DNA of 64,000 nucleotides. Source: a bacterium (GTDB lineage: Bacteria > UBP4 > UBA4092 > JAOAEQ01). The stretch lies in the NCBI GenBank assembly GCA_026416715.1, contig JAOAEQ010000011.1, positions 12,580 through 76,579 on the forward strand, in the 5' to 3' direction. Positions 59,389 to 64,000 of the stretch are shown piece by piece. Position 1 is the stretch's first letter. Every line of letters starts with the position of its first letter. The notes beneath the pieces are model-generated. The model was given only the letters and a program-made list of their open reading frames with translations. It did not search any database and was not told the origin of the DNA. The translations under genes and the position numbers were made by a program.

Positions 59389-60300
59389 ATGATAAAACTC
59401 ATCTTACTTAGCATGCGACCAAAGCAATGGACTAAAAATCTTGTCGTCTTTGCGGGAATTATTTTTGCCATGAAACTTACTGAACCGATATTTTTTCTAA
59501 GAACAGTAATGGCATTTTTTTTATTCTGTTTGGTTTCTGGTTCATTATATCTAATAAACGATATCGTGGATAAAAAACAAGACCAGCAACATCCCAAAAA
59601 ACGGCTCCGTCCAATAGCTTCAAATCAACTTTCGGTATCTGCTGCAGGATTCACTGCAAGCATTATTTTAGTATTCGCATGTACATGGGCTTTTCTATTA
59701 AGCACGATATTTGGTTTATGTTTACTTTTCTATCTCTTTATGATGTTAACATATTCTTTTTTTCTTAAACATATCGTTATTCTTGATATACTGGTAATAG
59801 CGCTTGGATTTGTTTTGCGTGCATACGCTGGTGTTGTTGTACATCCCGGTCTTACAGCTTCCAAGTGGTTATTAATGTGTGCTTTTTTTCTTGCATTATT
59901 TTTAATTATTAGCAAACGCCGCCATGAATTGATTCTTCTGGATGATAAAGCAAATGAACATCGACAAGTATTACTGGAATATTCACCAGGGTTTCTTGAC
60001 CAAATGGTTGCCATTGTTACTTCAATGACAGTATTTTCGTATGCACTTTATACCATTTCCCGTGAAACTATCGAAAAATTTCATACGCATAGTCTAATTT
60101 TGACTTTTCCATTTGTTCTTTTTGGAATTCTTCGTTATTTATATTTAGTTTATAAACGTGGGCAGGGTGGTGAACCAGAAATAATCCTTTTACAAGATAA
60201 ACCACTTCTCATAAATATACTCTTCTGGCTAATTTTGGTAATAATTATTATTTATAATCCCACTCCTTTTGACCAATTTCTGCATCTAGGAACAGACTAG
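59389..60300 (+). CDS. UbiA-family decaprenyl-phosphate phosphoribosyltransferase-like protein
   Basis: RPKQWTKNL, NDIVD..QD..HPKKRLRP, KRRHEL. Confidence 0.88.
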   Translation: MIKLILLSMRPKQWTKNLVVFAGIIFAMKLTEPIFFLRTVMAFFLFCLVSGSLYLINDIVDKKQDQQHPKKRLRPIASNQLSVSAAGFTASIILVFACTWAFLLSTIFGLCLLFYLFMMLTYSFFLKHIVILDILVIALGFVLRAYAGVVVHPGLTASKWLLMCAFFLALFLIISKRRHELILLDDKANEHRQVLLEYSPGFLDQMVAIVTSMTVFSYALYTISRETIEKFHTHSLILTFPFVLFGILRYLYLVYKRGQGGEPEIILLQDKPLLINILFWLILVIIIIYNPTPFDQFLHLGTD

Positions 60301-60400
60301 TAAAACCATCTAGCTTAAGTCACATAACTACTGGAACAAAACAGAACTGCACTACCCTTACAAACCTCATTCTTGTCCAAATTATTTAAATATACTGGTG

Positions 60401-61522
60401 CTAGGCAGGATTTAATATAACGAGATTATCTCGATGGATAACTTCATCGTAGTATTTATATCCAAGAACTGATTGCACCTGTGATGATTTAAGTCCTTTA
60501 ATTTTTTCAATCTCTGCAGCTGCATAATTCACTAATCCACGCGCAAATTCTACGCCTTTACTATCGGTTATCTGAACAATATCACCTGGTTCAAAATCTC
60601 CTTCAACTTTAATTATTCCTGAAGGTAATAAACTCTTCCCAGAATAGACTAACGCTTGCTTGGCACCATTATCTACATAGATTCTATTTCCAGCAGAATT
60701 GCTACCATAAGCTATCCATCGTTTTCGCGCGGATAATTTTTGTGATTTTGGGGGAAGAAATTTTGTGCCAACATTCTCGTTATTTACTATTTTTATTATA
60801 ATATTCTGCTTATTTCCATTAGCAATATACATGGTAATCCCAGCAGAAGTTGCAATTTTAGCGGCGCGGAGTTTGGTAACCATTCCACCAGTCCCGACAA
60901 TACTTCCAGGTCCAGCAGCGTATTCGTTTAGTTCCGGCGTGATTTTCTCCACACAAGAAATAATTTTTGCTTGTTTTGATTTTCTCGGGTCACAAGTATA
61001 TAATCCATCAACATCGGTTAAAATAATTAACAAATCTGCATCAACCTTACTAGCTATTCGGGCAGATAATGTATCATTATCGCCAATTTTAAGTTCATCA
61101 ATTGCAACAGTATCATTTTCATTGATGATAGGAATAACCCCTAGGTCTAACAAACGCAATAAGGTAGTTCGCGCGTTCAAATACCGCTTCCTATTATTCA
61201 TATCACTTTCAGTTAGTAATACTTGAGCTACCATTAAATTTTCCTGACTGAAAATCTCTTCATAGACAAACATGAGCTGACTCTGCCCAATCGCTGCTAA
61301 TGCTTGCCGGTCAGGAATTAGTTTCGGCCGTTCTTGCCAGCCTAATTTTCTCATACCAGCTCCAATTGCACCTGAGGTCACAATGAGAATTTGTTTTCCT
61401 TGATTCTGTAAAACCCTAACTTGTTCTGCCAGATGCGTTATCAATGCCCGATTAAATACATTATTTGCGCTATCTAAAAGACTTGTTCCAACTTTAATTA
61501 CAATTCGGTTATACATATTCAT
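60401..61522 (-). CDS. proB: Glutamate 5-kinase
   Basis: KVGTS, INEND, GDNDTL, GTGGMVTK, C-terminal PUA domain. Confidence 0.97.
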   Translation of the reverse strand: MNMYNRIVIKVGTSLLDSANNVFNRALITHLAEQVRVLQNQGKQILIVTSGAIGAGMRKLGWQERPKLIPDRQALAAIGQSQLMFVYEEIFSQENLMVAQVLLTESDMNNRKRYLNARTTLLRLLDLGVIPIINENDTVAIDELKIGDNDTLSARIASKVDADLLIILTDVDGLYTCDPRKSKQAKIISCVEKITPELNEYAAGPGSIVGTGGMVTKLRAAKIATSAGITMYIANGNKQNIIIKIVNNENVGTKFLPPKSQKLSARKRWIAYGSNSAGNRIYVDNGAKQALVYSGKSLLPSGIIKVEGDFEPGDIVQITDSKGVEFARGLVNYAAAEIEKIKGLKSSQVQSVLGYKYYDEVIHRDNLVILNPA

Positions 61523-61630
61523 TTGATATTGTAAAATAGAGGTTTAATTTATCAAGATGTAACTTTGTCCTCACAGTATTTATTTCAGTTATTATGAGGT
61601 TATTTTCGTTTGATCAGAAATAACTGATTA

Positions 61631-62656
61631 TCATTTATTTGAACTTAAGTTGTCTAACAATTCTGCAACACGATATATTAATTTATTTACTCCGTTACCC
61701 GTTAATGCTGAAATTGCAAACACTTCATAGCCCTGTTGTCTGATTTTTCGTTTCAAATTTGCTATTTTACTCATTGAATGAAGTAAATCTATCTTATTTA
61801 ATCCCACCACTTGTGGCCGTGAAATTAGAATTGGATTATACAAGGATAATTCTTGATTTATAGCCATAAAATTTTCAAATGGATCACTCCCGTCTGGTGG
61901 TTCAACATCGACTAAATGAATCAGAACTTTTGTCCGCTCGATATGCCGTAAAAATTCGTGACCTAAACCGCGACCAGCGTGGGCTCCTTCAATTAAACCA
62001 GGAATATCAGCTATAACAAAACTTTTTCCAAACTCAATTTTTACTTGACCAAGAATAGGTTCTTTTGTCGTAAACGGATAATCTGCTATTTTTGGTTTTG
62101 CAGCGCTAATTCTCGATAATAACGTTGATTTACCAGCATTAGGACATCCGACTAATCCAACATCAGCAATTAATTTTAATTCAAGGATAAACTTTTTTTC
62201 TTCGCCTGGTTCACCCGGCTGTGCAAACCGTGGAGTTTGATGTGTTGCCGTGGCAAACCAAGCATTCCCTTTTCCACCTCGACCACCACGAGCAAGTAAA
62301 ATAGGTTCTTTCTCCTTAATCAAATCCCATTGTTGTTTTACAATGCTATCATCCACCGGGTCGATTTCTTTTACTACCGTGCCAACAGGAACCGAAATGA
62401 TGATATCCTTACCATTTTTCCCTGTCCGCTTACTCCCTTCCCCATGTTCTCCATTACCCGCAAAAATATGAGGATGATGATATAAATCAATTAATGTTTT
62501 TATTCGACTATCCGCTTGAATATAAACTGAGCCACCACAACCACCATCACCGCCATCTGGACCTCCTTTAGGAACCGATTTTTCACGCCGAAAACTGACA
62601 CACCCTGCTCCACCATGTCCGGATTTAACATATATTTTCACTTTATCAACAAACAT
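61631..62656 (-). CDS. obgE: GTPase Obg/CgtA
   Basis: FVDKVKI, Gly-rich N-domain, GCPNAGKST, DIPG, NKID. Confidence 0.97.
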   Translation of the reverse strand: MFVDKVKIYVKSGHGGAGCVSFRREKSVPKGGPDGGDGGCGGSVYIQADSRIKTLIDLYHHPHIFAGNGEHGEGSKRTGKNGKDIIISVPVGTVVKEIDPVDDSIVKQQWDLIKEKEPILLARGGRGGKGNAWFATATHQTPRFAQPGEPGEEKKFILELKLIADVGLVGCPNAGKSTLLSRISAAKPKIADYPFTTKEPILGQVKIEFGKSFVIADIPGLIEGAHAGRGLGHEFLRHIERTKVLIHLVDVEPPDGSDPFENFMAINQELSLYNPILISRPQVVGLNKIDLLHSMSKIANLKRKIRQQGYEVFAISALTGNGVNKLIYRVAELLDNLSSNK

Positions 62657-62769
62657 AATATAAAAAATCAGAAATTTTATTATTGAACATCAAATATCAA
62701 AATATCAAAATTAAGAATTATAGATAATAAACCTAAATAGTTTAAAGCGTGATTTATCTTAAAACAAAT

Positions 62770-62812
62770 CAAGGCAGTCCTATGATTTTTTAATCAAAAT
62801 CAAACTGCCTTG
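62770..62812 (-). terminator. Hairpin between rpmA and obgE
   Basis: CAAGGCAGT/ACTGCCTTG stem with a T-rich tail on the minus strand. Confidence 0.45.
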
Positions 62813-62845
62813 TCATTAACGAATTGAAACCTATGAATTTTATCT

Positions 62846-63106
62846 CTATGTACCAGTAGGCGGAATAACACTTACAATACTTCGATTCCTACTCGTGGAA
62901 AAAACGACCGTTCCGCTAATTTTTGCATAAAGTGTATCATCTTTGCCGATACCTACATTCTCTCCCGGATGAAATTTGGTTCCGCGCTGCCGCACCAAAA
63001 TAGTTCCTCCTGAAACATTTTGTCCACCAAATTTCTTAACACCAAGTCGCTGCGCATTACTATCACGCCCGTTACGCGAAGTCCCTTGACCTTTTTTATG
63101 CGCCAT
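62846..63106 (-). CDS. rpmA: 50S ribosomal protein L27
   Basis: [24 protein letters not shown]. Confidence 0.98.
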   Translation of the reverse strand: MAHKKGQGTSRNGRDSNAQRLGVKKFGGQNVSGGTILVRQRGTKFHPGENVGIGKDDTLYAKISGTVVFSTSRNRSIVSVIPPTGT

Positions 63107-63135
63107 AAAATATTCCACCTCCAAATGAATATTAA

Positions 63136-63450
63136 TTAAGTTATAATTTCCTTAATTTTAAGTTCGGTGTAAGCCTGTCGATGCCCCTTTAATTTACGAT
63201 ATTTCTTCCGACGTTTATATTTGAATACCCTGATTTTTTTTGATTTATCTTGGTCGGTAACCTCAGCAACCACCTTTGCTTGAGCAACATAAGGTTTGCC
63301 TATTTCAAGTTTGTCATCACCGGAAACCAATAACACTTTATCCAATTCTATATCCGTCCCAATTTCCGCATTAAGCTTTTCAACTTTAATTAAATCACCT
63401 GTCATAACCCGAAACTGTTTTCCGCCAGTTTCAACTATCGCATAACGCAT
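63136..63450 (-). CDS. rplU: 50S ribosomal protein L21
   Basis: [13 protein letters not shown]...GHRQAYT; AGGAGG RBS. Confidence 0.98.
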   Translation of the reverse strand: MRYAIVETGGKQFRVMTGDLIKVEKLNAEIGTDIELDKVLLVSGDDKLEIGKPYVAQAKVVAEVTDQDKSKKIRVFKYKRRKKYRKLKGHRQAYTELKIKEIIT

Positions 63451-63488
63451 TCTCGGTATCCTCCTTAAGAAAATATTTTCATATATAT

Positions 63489-63517
63489 ATTTTACAATAA
63501 TAATCAAATTTAGTCAA
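63489..63517 (-). promoter_or_regulatory. Sigma70-type promoter of rplU-rpmA
   Basis: Minus strand TTGACT-17 nt-TAAAAT. Confidence 0.65.
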
Positions 63518-63885
63518 AATTTTGAATATCATTTCGTTGTTTCATTTTCTTAGTGGAATAAATTTTTAATCTTGAAAACTAATTAATAAGAATTAAGTTT
63601 GATTTTTTCTTATTTTCTGATATGATAATTCGTGTAAATAGTTAAAAAACGTAAATTTATTTAGTGGTGCGACACCTAGCCAAGAGTGGAAAGCAGTAAA
63701 ATCACAATGGTAGAGTGATTACAATATCCGACCAACCCTTAATGCTCAACTCATTCTTGTTCACGGTTTTGCTATCTAACCCGGGTACCCGCCACAAAGA
63801 AAGGTAAAAAAACAGGATTAAGTCTTTATTCCTAAGATTTTGATTTCGGCATTTAGGCTTGAGACTTCATACTGTAGTAAAAAAT

Positions 63886-64000
63886 ATGGGACGTAGATTA
63901 TTTGTAGGCAGTTTATCTTTTTCGGTGAATGAAGATAAACTACGTGATTTTTTTAGTCAGGTGGGAACAGTTAACTCAGTTAAAATTATCACTGACCGTT
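63886..64000 (+). CDS. RRM (RNP-1 type) RNA-binding protein, runs off the window end; absent from the ORF track
   Basis: MGRRLFVGSLSFSVNEDKLRDFFSQVGTVNSVKIITDR, with RNP2 motif LFVGSL. Confidence 0.88.
   Translation, partial: MGRRLFVGSLSFSVNEDKLRDFFSQVGTVNSVKIITDR

Noticed and set aside
52890..60300. Archaeal-type ether lipid pathway (G1PDH plus UbiA)
   Set aside because: The UbiA motifs match the DPPR-synthase type rather than DGGGP synthase, and no GGGP synthase is in the window
63107..63124. Apparent N-terminal extension of L27 (MEVEYF), as in Prp-processed L27
   Set aside because: It comes from a TTG overlapping the GGAGG RBS, and there is no prp gene between rplU and rpmA

Overview
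A gene-dense stretch of core chromosome from a diderm bacterium (it carries an Omp85/BamA-family gene and a second OM beta-barrel), probably an anaerobe (PPDK, a corrinoid protein, an AhbA-like gene). Housekeeping genes include pnp, ppdK, purN, purC, truA, recN, proB, obgE, rpmA and rplU, plus three tRNAs (Ser-GGA, Met-CAT, Leu-GAG). The window also holds envelope and glycan genes (two GT-C-like glycosyltransferases, two GHL10 hydrolases, LysM-M23, GH116, GH130, a DPPR synthase-like UbiA) and a type IV pilus accessory locus (membrane-anchored PilB/GspE, a PilGHI-like ABC module, a sigma54 regulator). I found no CRISPR array, integrase or transposase. The main items not shown in the ORF track are: (i) an AT-rich islet after tRNA-Ser with a decayed XRE/HTH gene ahead of an intact EVE plus PD-(D/E)XK-like nuclease, a candidate modification-dependent defence gene; (ii) a glutamine amidotransferase gene split by one in-frame TAG; (iii) a corrinoid gene with a sharp G/T synonymous-codon skew, behind a 21-bp-spaced AraC-type direct repeat; (iv) a presenilin/SPP-like GxGD membrane protease in an operon with the PilB-like ATPase; (v) a perfect 25-bp palindrome; (vi) a recurring family of degenerate, roughly 8-nt-periodic inverted intergenic repeats; (vii) candidate structured RNAs, including one ahead of a partial RRM gene at the window end. 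All product calls come from reading motifs by eye; no database searches were run.
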